Below, in pieces: positions 18,634 through 26,779 of a DNA stretch of 42,583 nt. The translations under genes and the position numbers were made by a program. The notes beneath the pieces are model-generated. The model was not told where the DNA came from. It searched no databases and was given only the letters and a program-made list of their open reading frames with translations. Within the stretch, counting starts at the first letter, position 1. Each line of letters starts with the position of its first letter. The stretch is from a virus (taxonomy: Duplodnaviria > Caudoviricetes). The stretch spans positions 1 through 42,583 of the IMG/VR virus record IMGVR_UViG_3300044477_000049. One strand, 5' to 3'.

Positions 18634-19878
18634 TCACTCCATATCCTTCATTTTAATTATTACGCTCGGTTTTTTACTTTCTTCGCTTTTTTTCACTAAT
18701 CCCTTTTTACGCAAATACTTTTCAATTGTCGCCGCGTCTTCTCGTTTTGCGATGTCTGCCAATCCCATGACGCGCTCAGAACCGCCAGTGTCTTTCCATT
18801 TCGCTATGTCAATAATTACCCCTCCTACATTTCCCTTCAATACTTTTGTATCTTTCAAATGAATTGCAAGCATGTCCGCCGCTTGTTCTTTTTTGCGCTT
18901 CCATTCTTTTTCTTGTGCGCTTGCCTCGATTTCTTCCATTGCGATTTTCAATACGTCGGTTAATTCATCGTCTTTCAATTCGCGAAAATCCTCGGTCAAT
19001 GTCGGATATAGCGATTGAATGTCTTTGCTATTCATTAACAGCTCTTTCGGCGGTGTACGATCATCAATGCACTTTTTCATATATCGCGCAAGCTGTTCAA
19101 GTTCAAGTGCATGTTTTTTGTTATATTTTATCTGCCAGTAATGCTTTGACGATGTATCGAAAATCAAAACGACATAGCATGTATCAACGTTATATAAATG
19201 CATTTGAAATTGAACTTGAAAATAAACTTTTAGCGGAATGCCTTGCCATTCATGGAGATCAAGATCATATCCGGTGTACGGATCATCCTTGCGACGTGCG
19301 GAAAAATAACGTGCGGATTTTGCTTCGATGAGAAATGGCAGAGACATGTTTATTTTTAAGCCATTTTTGTCAATTATCCAATGACCGTTTCTGTATTTTT
19401 TCATATTAAGGTCTTTACGCGGGTTAATCAATGGCATTGGATCATAAACGCAATCCGCATGAGCAACCCCGTAATCATTTTGAACCTCGGTGTTATGTTT
19501 GAATGGTGTGTTGTTATATGGTGCAGGATTGATTGCATCTTTTGAATTATCCTGTTCAATTTTATGCATCATGTAACCGCGTAGAAATTCTTTTGCAATA
19601 TCTTTATCGATGTTATCTGCAGTAAACTCATACAGGGCGCGACCTTCTAACCAATGACCCATTTCAGCGGGAAAACCCGAAGGTGAAATAGTATTATTGA
19701 TTTTCGCGCTATATAAATCAAGCGCGGTCATGGCGTGCCGTTCGTGTTTTTCGTCGGTATACGCGGCAAGTGATTCAATCTGTTTTACCGGATGAGGGAT
19801 GAGCGCAGGAACGTCAGACGCTCCGATCATTCCGGCGCGTGATTTGTGAAAGTCGGTTATGTATGTGTAGTTGGTCAT
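18634..19878 (-). CDS. YqaJ-like viral recombinase exonuclease
   Basis: IGASDVPAL, EMGHWLE, HAD, IEAKS and YFQVQFQM PD-(D/E)xK motifs. Confidence 0.88.
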   Translation of the reverse strand: MTNYTYITDFHKSRAGMIGASDVPALIPHPVKQIESLAAYTDEKHERHAMTALDLYSAKINNTISPSGFPAEMGHWLEGRALYEFTADNIDKDIAKEFLRGYMMHKIEQDNSKDAINPAPYNNTPFKHNTEVQNDYGVAHADCVYDPMPLINPRKDLNMKKYRNGHWIIDKNGLKINMSLPFLIEAKSARYFSARRKDDPYTGYDLDLHEWQGIPLKVYFQVQFQMHLYNVDTCYVVLIFDTSSKHYWQIKYNKKHALELEQLARYMKKCIDDRTPPKELLMNSKDIQSLYPTLTEDFRELKDDELTDVLKIAMEEIEASAQEKEWKRKKEQAADMLAIHLKDTKVLKGNVGGVIIDIAKWKDTGGSERVMGLADIAKREDAATIEKYLRKKGLVKKSEESKKPSVIIKMKDME

Positions 19879-19957
19879 TTATTTATCTTCCTCACTGTAT
19901 GATATGTCATCAACCCCGCAATGACTCCGAATAGATAAGCCATAATATTTTCAAAAT

Positions 19958-20173
19958 TCATTCCCTCTCCGCCTTATTCATGTATATTTTATTCACCGCT
20001 TTGATCTGCTTTTCCGTGATATGATTATTGATTTTTATGAACTCACGTATCGATTTTAAAAATTCAGATTGATCATTGAATAACCGATCCTCAATCATGT
20101 CATTTATGAGGCGTTTGTATTGGTCTGTTTTTCTGTCGGTATTTCGTTTATGGTCGGTTCCATCGAACATCAT
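19958..20173 (-). CDS. Hypothetical protein
   Basis: RBS GAGGT; FLKSI...ITEKQ pattern; downstream of the promoter motif. Confidence 0.6.
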   Translation of the reverse strand: MMFDGTDHKRNTDRKTDQYKRLINDMIEDRLFNDQSEFLKSIREFIKINNHITEKQIKAVNKIYMNKAERE

Positions 20174-20209
20174 AATAGCACCTCTTTTTAAAATAATAAT
20201 GACAATAAT

Positions 20210-20230
20210 ATAAATAGTTTTGTTGTCAAG
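20210..20230 (-). promoter_or_regulatory. Repeated promoter/operator motif (second exact copy)
   Basis: TTGACA-N16-TATTGT; identical 21-mer at 16453-16473. Confidence 0.75.
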
Positions 20231-20243
20231 CGTTTATTATTAC

Positions 20244-21728
20244 TCATAGCCATTTTATGCCGTCACGAAAGCGGGTCTTGTGCCTTAACCCTGTTAAATC
20301 GCGTTTCAATATTTCCATTTTTTCGGCGCGGGTTATTTCCCGAATATTGCCGTTATCACCATTCCCGCAACCACTATCGCCACTATCAATACAATCATTT
20401 TGTCTTCGCTGTCCATTTTCAGCACCTCCATTATTTTCACCACCATCCAACCAAACTAACTCACCGTCAACAAATCTCGGCAATCGTCTTTTTTTCTTAT
20501 CTAACGGCAACCCGTCAAGAGTACCCGTTAAAAAATCATAATTGCATATCCAGCACTTTTCATTTATTGCTGCATTCATCGTGTCACATACCGGACATAT
20601 TTTCATAGTCGGAACATCATCGGCAGTCGCGCCGGGCGTGTATTCGGTATCAAGTGACCATTTACGATCAATGTCAGGGCGGCCGTGAATGATTGAGTTT
20701 CCGACGGGATCGACAAGAATATAAAATTTCTTTTTACCGTGTTTACGTGCGGCGCGGGTGTTCATTTGAATCCAGACAACTAATGATTCGGTAAATCTCA
20801 TCCATATCACCCCGGCGATATTAGGAACGTCAAGACCTTCAGTCCCAACCGCGTATGTCGTGATTATATTGATCTTGCCTTGTCGAGCATGGCGAATGAT
20901 TGCGCGGCGTTCGTTTTTGTTCATCGTGCCGGAAAGGTGTTCAACTTTCCAACCCTCAGCGCGATACATTTCAGCGACCAATGCGGCGTGAGCAATTGAA
21001 CTACATGGTATCATGCAAAGCGCACCGGCGAATACTTGCTTATATAATCCGATCATGTCGCCGATTATTTTTTTATCTTTGATTATTTTACGGCGTTCTG
21101 TTTTTTCATCGGGCGACTGTGCGTATATTTCATTTTCATCAGGGACATTATTTTTATATTCATCCGGAATTATTATCACGGGCGGGCATAGGAAACCGCG
21201 CTTGATTGCTTCGGTCTGTTTTATTGGTTCATAAAATTTCGTATAATACTTTCCGAGCGGTTTATTATCCATGCGGTATAATGTCGCGGTGAGTCCTAGC
21301 CGCGTGGCGTGTCCAAAATGGTTGTATATGTTTTCAAGTGTTGGCGATCCGCTATGATGCGTTTCATCTGTTATTATTTCAGATATTGATTTACAGAATT
21401 TCTCCGGAAGTGCGGTGAGAATATTTGATAACGATTGCCACATGCAAATATATACAGGCTTTCCGCGACCAATTACGCCTTCGGGGTTTATGTACCCGTA
21501 GTCAATATTTAGTTCCGAGCATTGCGCGATCCATTGGTCAAAAATTTCTTCGGTCCCGCATAAAACAAGAATACGCTTTTTTAGTGATATTCGATCAGCA
21601 ATAATATTGCAAGCCGTTACCGTCTTTCCGCTTCCGGCTGGCATGACAAGCGCAAAATTATTTTTTTGATTAAGTTCTATATTTGCGCGATGACGTGCTG
21701 ATAGTTGGTAATCGTATAAGTTTTTCAT
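20244..21728 (-). CDS. SF2 DEAD/DEAH-type helicase with C-terminal zinc finger
   Basis: MPAGSGKT, DETHH, GLTAT, TEGLDVP and QMNTRAAR motifs; CPVC...CWIC. Confidence 0.9.
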   Translation of the reverse strand: MKNLYDYQLSARHRANIELNQKNNFALVMPAGSGKTVTACNIIADRISLKKRILVLCGTEEIFDQWIAQCSELNIDYGYINPEGVIGRGKPVYICMWQSLSNILTALPEKFCKSISEIITDETHHSGSPTLENIYNHFGHATRLGLTATLYRMDNKPLGKYYTKFYEPIKQTEAIKRGFLCPPVIIIPDEYKNNVPDENEIYAQSPDEKTERRKIIKDKKIIGDMIGLYKQVFAGALCMIPCSSIAHAALVAEMYRAEGWKVEHLSGTMNKNERRAIIRHARQGKINIITTYAVGTEGLDVPNIAGVIWMRFTESLVVWIQMNTRAARKHGKKKFYILVDPVGNSIIHGRPDIDRKWSLDTEYTPGATADDVPTMKICPVCDTMNAAINEKCWICNYDFLTGTLDGLPLDKKKRRLPRFVDGELVWLDGGENNGGAENGQRRQNDCIDSGDSGCGNGDNGNIREITRAEKMEILKRDLTGLRHKTRFRDGIKWL

Positions 21729-21731
21729 TTA

Positions 21732-22088
21732 TTACTCTTCCGGTAATACGCAGTCATCAAATTTACATTTATCACAATTCATGTCGCATAAATCAGTTGA
21801 AAATTTGAAATCAGAAACATTTACGCTATCAATTACGTTTTCAAACTGATGATGTTTTTTTGTTTCAAGGTACACGCGCATGTCAATTTTTTTATGGATC
21901 TTTTTACATGACGGACATAATATCGCGCTTGTTTTCAATGACCAGAACGTTTTATTACACGCCCGACATTTTACCCGCTTTTTCGCGTGACGAGTTCTGC
22001 GATCTTGCATTGATAGCCGTGACCGTTCGTTCATCAGCTCTTTATGCTTTGCGCGATAATCGCGGGTATATTCGAGGGTATGGGTCAT
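21732..22088 (-). CDS. Cys-rich hypothetical protein
   Basis: CRAC, CPSC and a C-terminal CDMNCDKCKFDDC. Confidence 0.6.
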   Translation of the reverse strand: MTHTLEYTRDYRAKHKELMNERSRLSMQDRRTRHAKKRVKCRACNKTFWSLKTSAILCPSCKKIHKKIDMRVYLETKKHHQFENVIDSVNVSDFKFSTDLCDMNCDKCKFDDCVLPEE

Positions 22089-22414
22089 TTTAGCAGTTCC
22101 GGGTTTTCGTGGATGTTGCCAATGATTTCATGGTTTTGAATCATATCGTTTGATATATACGAAAATTTATTGCAAGCTAAAAAAATGCCTTCTTTATCGT
22201 CAAACGCCATAACTAGCGGAACACCAGTTGACCCATTTAAAATATCCCCTTCATAAATCTCTTGTCCGCTTTTGTCGTGTAGTCCGGTGAATTGTTCGTC
22301 ATCATATATTTTAACATACCCTATTACCGTTATTACGCCTATACCATAATAAAAGTATTTCGTTTCACTTGTTTCGATATTACGATATAACGCCCTGAAT
22401 TTTATCTCTCTCAT
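22085..22414 (-). CDS. YopX family protein
   Basis: MREIKFRA, QFTGLHDKSGQEIYEGDI and EIIGNIHENPELL; start placed at the TAATG overlap. Confidence 0.9.
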   Translation of the reverse strand: MREIKFRALYRNIETSETKYFYYGIGVITVIGYVKIYDDEQFTGLHDKSGQEIYEGDILNGSTGVPLVMAFDDKEGIFLACNKFSYISNDMIQNHEIIGNIHENPELLK

Positions 22415-22635
22415 TATTTTTTCTCCATAGCTGCTACAGTTAAAATAGCGCAAATTATTAAACAAAATATAAATAGTATGGAGCATGTTATTCTCGCATT
22501 TTCTGTCCACATCCAAAATCGGAAAGATGTATAACGGAAAGCAAATGTTCCATAAAATACTGATCCAACAATAATAGACATAAATAAAAATAAACCCATT
22601 GCCTGAATGGCGATAATAAATTCTTTCATTTCCAC
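22414..22635 (-). CDS. Small two-TM membrane protein
   Basis: Two hydrophobic segments; RBS GAGG. Confidence 0.55.
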   Translation of the reverse strand: MEMKEFIIAIQAMGLFLFMSIIVGSVFYGTFAFRYTSFRFWMWTENARITCSILFIFCLIICAILTVAAMEKK

Positions 22636-22650
22636 ACCTCGTTTAATATT

Positions 22651-23025
22651 TTAATTTATTCCATAATCATTCATAATACTTCCAAAATCTTCGAATGATC
22701 GGCAGACATAAACCGTGAATCCGCAATCGTTTATTTTACTATGGATATTCAATTGCTTTTCATTCGGGTTTTTATCTGGCGCTTTAAACTCAATAAAAAA
22801 ACATTCACCATGATGCAATATCTGAAAATCGGGAACGCCTGGCACTAGTCCCATACGTTTGAAATGATTGATTATCCGCGCTGCAATGTTAGATGGTATT
22901 TTGAACGCCATGAGAACCGTCATTAACCCCTCATTCGGGATTGAAAAGAAAAATAAATCATCATGACGATTTGCGATTGCAGATAGATAATCAAAACATT
23001 GAATTTGAATACTTGATTCTTTCAT
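22651..23025 (-). CDS. VRR-NUC nuclease (Holliday junction resolvase-like)
   Basis: ESSIQ, FSIPNEG, GVPDF, FIEFK, Q and G..VYVCRS motifs. Confidence 0.9.
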   Translation of the reverse strand: MKESSIQIQCFDYLSAIANRHDDLFFFSIPNEGLMTVLMAFKIPSNIAARIINHFKRMGLVPGVPDFQILHHGECFFIEFKAPDKNPNEKQLNIHSKINDCGFTVYVCRSFEDFGSIMNDYGIN

Positions 23026-23237
23026 TTGTTTGTCTTGTCGCGTTCTTTTAGCATTGCGTCAGCCATTGAATATGAATCTTTTGATATAATGTCAAACGCC
23101 CTCCCTTGTGGCAAGGTTTCAATTTGTTTGAACTTTACTATTATAATTTCTCTCATTGCCGCAATTGCTATTTCGTCGCGGAGTGTTTTTTGTTGGTTGC
23201 AAATTATATCCCGTGTCACCTTGCGCAATAAACCCAT
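23022..23237 (-). CDS. Conserved phage hypothetical protein
   Basis: TLRDEIAIAAM...SYSMADAML pattern. Confidence 0.65.
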   Translation of the reverse strand: MGLLRKVTRDIICNQQKTLRDEIAIAAMREIIIVKFKQIETLPQGRAFDIISKDSYSMADAMLKERDKTNK

Positions 23238-23490
23238 TTAAAACGCTTTGACCATGCGCGATAAATTCTTTCGTGTCATCAATTTCCCTATTTGTCTTTT
23301 TAGGTTCGATATGTTCACTAATAAACTTTTCCGCTTCATGTTCGTCTGATACTGAAATATAAATATATGATCCACTTTCATTTTCACAATCATATTCATT
23401 TTTGCAATCAGATAAAGTAAATCCATTATTTGCATGAATGCAATCCATACAACATGCGCGATCTGATTTTATTTTTTTAACCGATATCAT
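23119..23490 (-). CDS. Cys-containing hypothetical protein
   Basis: RBS GAGGTG; CMDC; overlaps the next gene. Confidence 0.5.
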   Translation of the reverse strand: MISVKKIKSDRACCMDCIHANNGFTLSDCKNEYDCENESGSYIYISVSDEHEAEKFISEHIEPKKTNREIDDTKEFIAHGQSVLNGFIAQGDTGYNLQPTKNTPRRNSNCGNERNYNSKVQTN

Positions 23491-23651
23491 TTCAACACCT
23501 CACTTATTATTTATTTCTGATCCATTTCCACGCGCAAATGCCATTGATAACGCACATAAAAATATTAAAAACTAACCACAATGACTCACTACGTCCAAGC
23601 GCAAGACCCGCGCCAAATGCACAAAATATAAATGCAATAACGTTTATCATG

Positions 23652-23891
23652 TCATTCCACCCCCAACTTGTCGGCTATTTCGCGGATAGTATTAAACTGC
23701 GGACGATAATCAAATTGTTCACGGTTGAAATATTGACGCTTAAAAAGATCGATATACTGTCTTTTTTTGCCTGTCATTTTTGATGCTTCGCCTGTTCCGA
23801 TGATTTCAAGTTTTTCAATTACGCGGGAATATAATCCGCCCTCGCCGTATATTGATTTTTCAATTTCTGATGCTCTCGGTTTTTTAGTCAT
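23652..23891 (-). CDS. XRE/Cro-like HTH regulator
   Basis: ASKMTGKKRQYI...PQFNTIREIADKLGV. Confidence 0.7.
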   Translation of the reverse strand: MTKKPRASEIEKSIYGEGGLYSRVIEKLEIIGTGEASKMTGKKRQYIDLFKRQYFNREQFDYRPQFNTIREIADKLGVE

Positions 23892-24177
23892 TATTTGTTT
23901 TCTCCTTTGTTGCCATTTCGGTTCTCAATATTGCGCTTATCCGTTGGATTTCATCAACTTGTTCGGGTGACAACTTTATAAATCGTCCTTTGTATGTCAT
24001 ATTTATTTTATCGCACAAAATACTTATCTCTGTGATATACCATTGTTTGCAATTTTCTGGCAATTGCGAACGTTTCCATTCTTGTTCGTCAAAATATAAA
24101 AGCCTGACGCCTTGTTTTCCATAATCACATATTGTTGTCTGTGAGAATAATTCTGTTTTTATATCTGCAATTTTCAT
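23884..24177 (-). CDS. Hypothetical protein
   Basis: Coupled overlaps with both neighbours. Confidence 0.55.
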   Translation of the reverse strand: MKIADIKTELFSQTTICDYGKQGVRLLYFDEQEWKRSQLPENCKQWYITEISILCDKINMTYKGRFIKLSPEQVDEIQRISAILRTEMATKEKTNND

Positions 24178-24419
24178 TTCGTGCCTTCCATTGTTTCTCT
24201 AATTCCAAGAGGATTATATTTTTCATATGACTTGTCGATCGTCATTTCCTCGCTGAAATATATTGACCTGATGCTTGTTTCGCTGAATTTATGTTCATTG
24301 ATCGTGTATGCAATTTTTGACAGCATTTCTTCTATTGATTTTTCGTTTGTAATATCAACTGAAATTCTGATTTCATTATCGTTTTCGGATAGGTATATAT
24401 CTGCTTTTTTTGTGGTCAT
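24174..24419 (-). CDS. Hypothetical protein
   Basis: Start moved to MTTKKAD (RBS GAGG); the upstream extension overlaps the acidic ORF. Confidence 0.55.
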   Translation of the reverse strand: MTTKKADIYLSENDNEIRISVDITNEKSIEEMLSKIAYTINEHKFSETSIRSIYFSEEMTIDKSYEKYNPLGIRETMEGTK

Positions 24420-24489
24420 TATGCGGATACCTCTTTTAATATTTTTAATGCCGGTTACGTCATCCGGCGTCTTGCGACCGTGTGGAATT

Positions 24490-24642
24490 CTACGCCTCGT
24501 CTGACTGTGATTCTTCCGGTTTTTCTTCAGGTGTTTCGCTTTCCGATTCGACTGTTTCCGGTTCGATGACGGGCGTTTCGTCAATAACTGTTTCCTGTAC
24601 GTCTTCGGTATTTACCGATTCATCTTTGATTTCTTCGTCCAT
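24490..24642 (-). CDS. Hyper-acidic 50-aa protein (not in ORF track)
   Basis: RBS GGAGG; MDEEIKDESVNTEDVQETVIDETPVIEPETVESESETPEEKPEESQSDEA*. Confidence 0.7.
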   Translation of the reverse strand: MDEEIKDESVNTEDVQETVIDETPVIEPETVESESETPEEKPEESQSDEA

Positions 24643-24678
24643 TATATCCTCCGTTTTTTTGAACTGCATTTATTATTA

Positions 24679-25170
24679 TTATTTAATCCAAAATCCAACA
24701 CCGGCAAAAATATCATAACGATCAACTTTCAACACGTCCCGAACTGGAATACATGCGCCCGCATTGACATAAAACATTTCAGCATTATACGTTGCAATCG
24801 GGTAAATATTGCCACGCGGAGAAACGTTGACCGATATTCCAAAATGATTGAAATGAGGTCTATCGGATTTGATTCCCCATGTTTCCTTCGTCGTTTTATT
24901 CCCGTCCGTTGCCTTGACGTATATCGGCGTTGTGTTGTCGCTTGTCGTTCCAAGTGTGAATGATAATCCTATCGGCGTTTCTGCCCACGTCCGCAATAAA
25001 TCACAATCAGCGTTTTTTGGATCGTCTTTCCATTCGTGTTTTGGCGGCGTTATTGGATCGACCGTTACCCCGCCGTTATCATTTCCAGCGGTAAACATTG
25101 AAAGCGTCACCGCGCCGATAATAATTCCAAACACGCAAGACAAAACTGCAATTTTGATATTATTGAACAT
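24679..25170 (-). CDS. Membrane-anchored protein with C-terminal amphipathic beta strands (spanin candidate)
   Basis: N-terminal TM; C-terminal FGISVNV...IFAGVGFWIK. Confidence 0.5.
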   Translation of the reverse strand: MFNNIKIAVLSCVFGIIIGAVTLSMFTAGNDNGGVTVDPITPPKHEWKDDPKNADCDLLRTWAETPIGLSFTLGTTSDNTTPIYVKATDGNKTTKETWGIKSDRPHFNHFGISVNVSPRGNIYPIATYNAEMFYVNAGACIPVRDVLKVDRYDIFAGVGFWIK

Positions 25171-25360
25171 TCAAATACCTGTTTTCAAGTTTCAACATTG
25201 CTATAAAAATCCATGATATAGACGATGCAATGATGATTCTCGGAATAACATATTTTGGTTTAATCGCGGATATTATTCTTATGGCTCTTGAATATGCTAT
25301 CCCCGCTCCGAAAAAGTAAAATGCGATTGCGATCATAAAGATGATTATTGTAAATGTCAT
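25160..25360 (-). CDS. Small two-TM membrane protein
   Basis: Two hydrophobic helices; RBS GAGG. Confidence 0.55.
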   Translation of the reverse strand: MTFTIIIFMIAIAFYFFGAGIAYSRAIRIISAIKPKYVIPRIIIASSISWIFIAMLKLENRYLNVQ

Positions 25361-25578
25361 TTTGACCTCACTTTCATTGAGTATTCTGCGTATCGTGTTC
25401 CCGTGTTTCTGTTTGTGCGCATTGTCGTGCGAATGTCATTTCCGTTGTCGCGCAAAACGTTTATGTGCTGTGCGAGTGAAAATGTGCCGAAAATTTCATG
25501 TGCAATTGAGTCTGATAAAACATGACCGGATTTCAAATACTTCAATATTCCGGAGCGGGTAGTTTGTAGTTTTTTCAT
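25357..25578 (-). CDS. Winged helix-turn-helix protein
   Basis: ILKYLKSG...LAQHINVLRDNGNDIRT...RYAEY; start at MKKLQ with RBS GAGG. Confidence 0.8.
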   Translation of the reverse strand: MKKLQTTRSGILKYLKSGHVLSDSIAHEIFGTFSLAQHINVLRDNGNDIRTTMRTNRNTGTRYAEYSMKVRSK

Positions 25579-25616
25579 TTTGATACCTCGTTTAATATTT
25601 TTTTCAGCAATCAAAA

Positions 25617-26234
25617 TCACGAAACAATATATAAAATTTTAAATCTATTCATCATCACGGTCGTCAAAATCAAATCTTTCATGCACAATTTTCCATAAAT
25701 TTCAGACTCCCCGCCGGGGGGGAATCGTTCTCGATTCGGTCCTCCGTTGTATTTTTTATATGCAAGATGCACATCACCATGAGCGCGGGATTTGCAGTAC
25801 ACAAAAAACTTGACTGACGCGGGAATATTTTCTTTGATATTAAATGGATTTTTCACGCCATATTTTTTTTGAATTGCGGGCATAAGTTGACCGACGCCAC
25901 ACGCTCCAGACGGTGACACCGCATAACGATTAAAACCGGATTCATTATGAAAGTATGCCAAAATTTCTTCAAGCGGTTGTTTTTCTCTCCATGCGGCTTT
26001 TCGTGATTCAATGTAGATGTCAAACGTCAATTTTTTGTAATGCGTTTTATACATCGAAAATTCACCGGACATGAAATCTTTAATCTTTTGTTCGTAACGA
26101 TGCTGGAAAAAAATATATGTCACTAGCACCGCAAATATCGACAGCATGACAACCGCCGTAACTGCGATGATGGCAGTTGATAAATTCACTTTCTTTTTTC
26201 GCTTGTAATGACTGACCGGCTTCAATGCGTCCAT
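25617..26234 (-). CDS. Lytic transglycosylase (SLT) with N-terminal membrane anchor
   Basis: ESGFNRYAVSPSGACGVGQLMP, NI and YNGGP motifs; start at MDALKP with RBS AAGGAG. Confidence 0.9.
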   Translation of the reverse strand: MDALKPVSHYKRKKKVNLSTAIIAVTAVVMLSIFAVLVTYIFFQHRYEQKIKDFMSGEFSMYKTHYKKLTFDIYIESRKAAWREKQPLEEILAYFHNESGFNRYAVSPSGACGVGQLMPAIQKKYGVKNPFNIKENIPASVKFFVYCKSRAHGDVHLAYKKYNGGPNRERFPPGGESEIYGKLCMKDLILTTVMMNRFKILYIVS

Positions 26235-26269
26235 TGGTTTCTCCTTTCGTGTATCGCATTTAAACAATT

Positions 26270-26360
26270 TTGATCGGGAGGGACTCGAACCCATCACTTG
26301 TAGTTCAGGCGGTTGTAAATCCTCTCCTGATCCGCGTCTCACCATTTGCGCCACCGATCA
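26270..26360 (-). ncRNA. tRNA-like RNA 1 (atypical anticodon arm)
   Basis: Perfect 7-bp acceptor TGATCGG/CCGATCA; D arm TGGCGCAAATGGTGAGACGC; T loop GGTTCGAGTCC; no canonical anticodon stem-loop; no encoded CCA. Confidence 0.65.
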
Positions 26361-26436
26361 ATCAAATCCAAGATAATAGCCGGTCTCTGATCTCCGTCTT
26401 TATCATGAGTTACTTGTATTTCATCACATGTAATAT

Positions 26437-26457
26437 GTCAATAAATTTATTTGTTGT
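26437..26457 (-). promoter_or_regulatory. Variant of the repeated promoter/operator motif upstream of tRNA-like RNA 1
   Basis: ACAACAAATAAATTTATTGAC(A). Confidence 0.6.
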
Positions 26458-26460
26458 TTG

Positions 26461-26622
26461 TTAAAAAAATATGCGTTTGTCGCGATTCCACGAAAGCGGA
26501 TATCTGCCAACTTTTCTATACTCTTTCGGCGGCGGGATATGATATACGCACTTATGACAGAGTGCGCATCGTGCGGAATGATTTCTTCGTTCGATAGGTA
26601 CGTTACATTTTTTCAGTTCCAT
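26461..26622 (-). CDS. Cys/His-rich 53-aa protein (not in ORF track)
   Basis: RBS GGAG; MELKKCNVPIERRNHSARCALCHKCVYHIPPPKEYRKVGRYPLSWNRDKRIFF*. Confidence 0.55.
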   Translation of the reverse strand: MELKKCNVPIERRNHSARCALCHKCVYHIPPPKEYRKVGRYPLSWNRDKRIFF

Positions 26623-26761
26623 CGGTGACACTCTCCGATTTAATATTTACGTTATATGTTTTTCTGTCTGCAAATTCGGCTTGCTTGCCTTTATTCCATT
26701 GATTGACCGGGCGAAAATATCCGACAACACGCGAATAACACTCAACAGGCATTTTTAACAT
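26603..26761 (-). CDS. Stand-alone NrdD C-terminal glycyl-radical domain (52 aa, not in ORF track)
   Basis: MLKMPVECYSRVVGYFRPVNQWNKGKQAEFADRKTYNV...; matches the YSRVxGYxRP...WNKGK.AEF.DR terminus of class III RNR; RBS GGAG. Confidence 0.85.
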   Translation of the reverse strand: MLKMPVECYSRVVGYFRPVNQWNKGKQAEFADRKTYNVNIKSESVTDGTEKM

Positions 26762-26779
26762 ATAATTATTTTCTCCATG

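Noticed and set aside
24420-24584. Basic N-terminal extension of ORF 24174-24584
   Set aside because: Alternate-frame read of the acidic ORF and hairpin; the RBS supports a start at 24419
26235-26354. 40-aa N-terminal extension of the SLT ORF
   Set aside because: Runs through tRNA-like RNA 1; a strong RBS supports the start at 26234
26270-26360. Suppressor tRNA or stop-codon reassignment
   Set aside because: TTA is present in the loop but not in a valid anticodon register, and genes read intact under the standard code using all three stops
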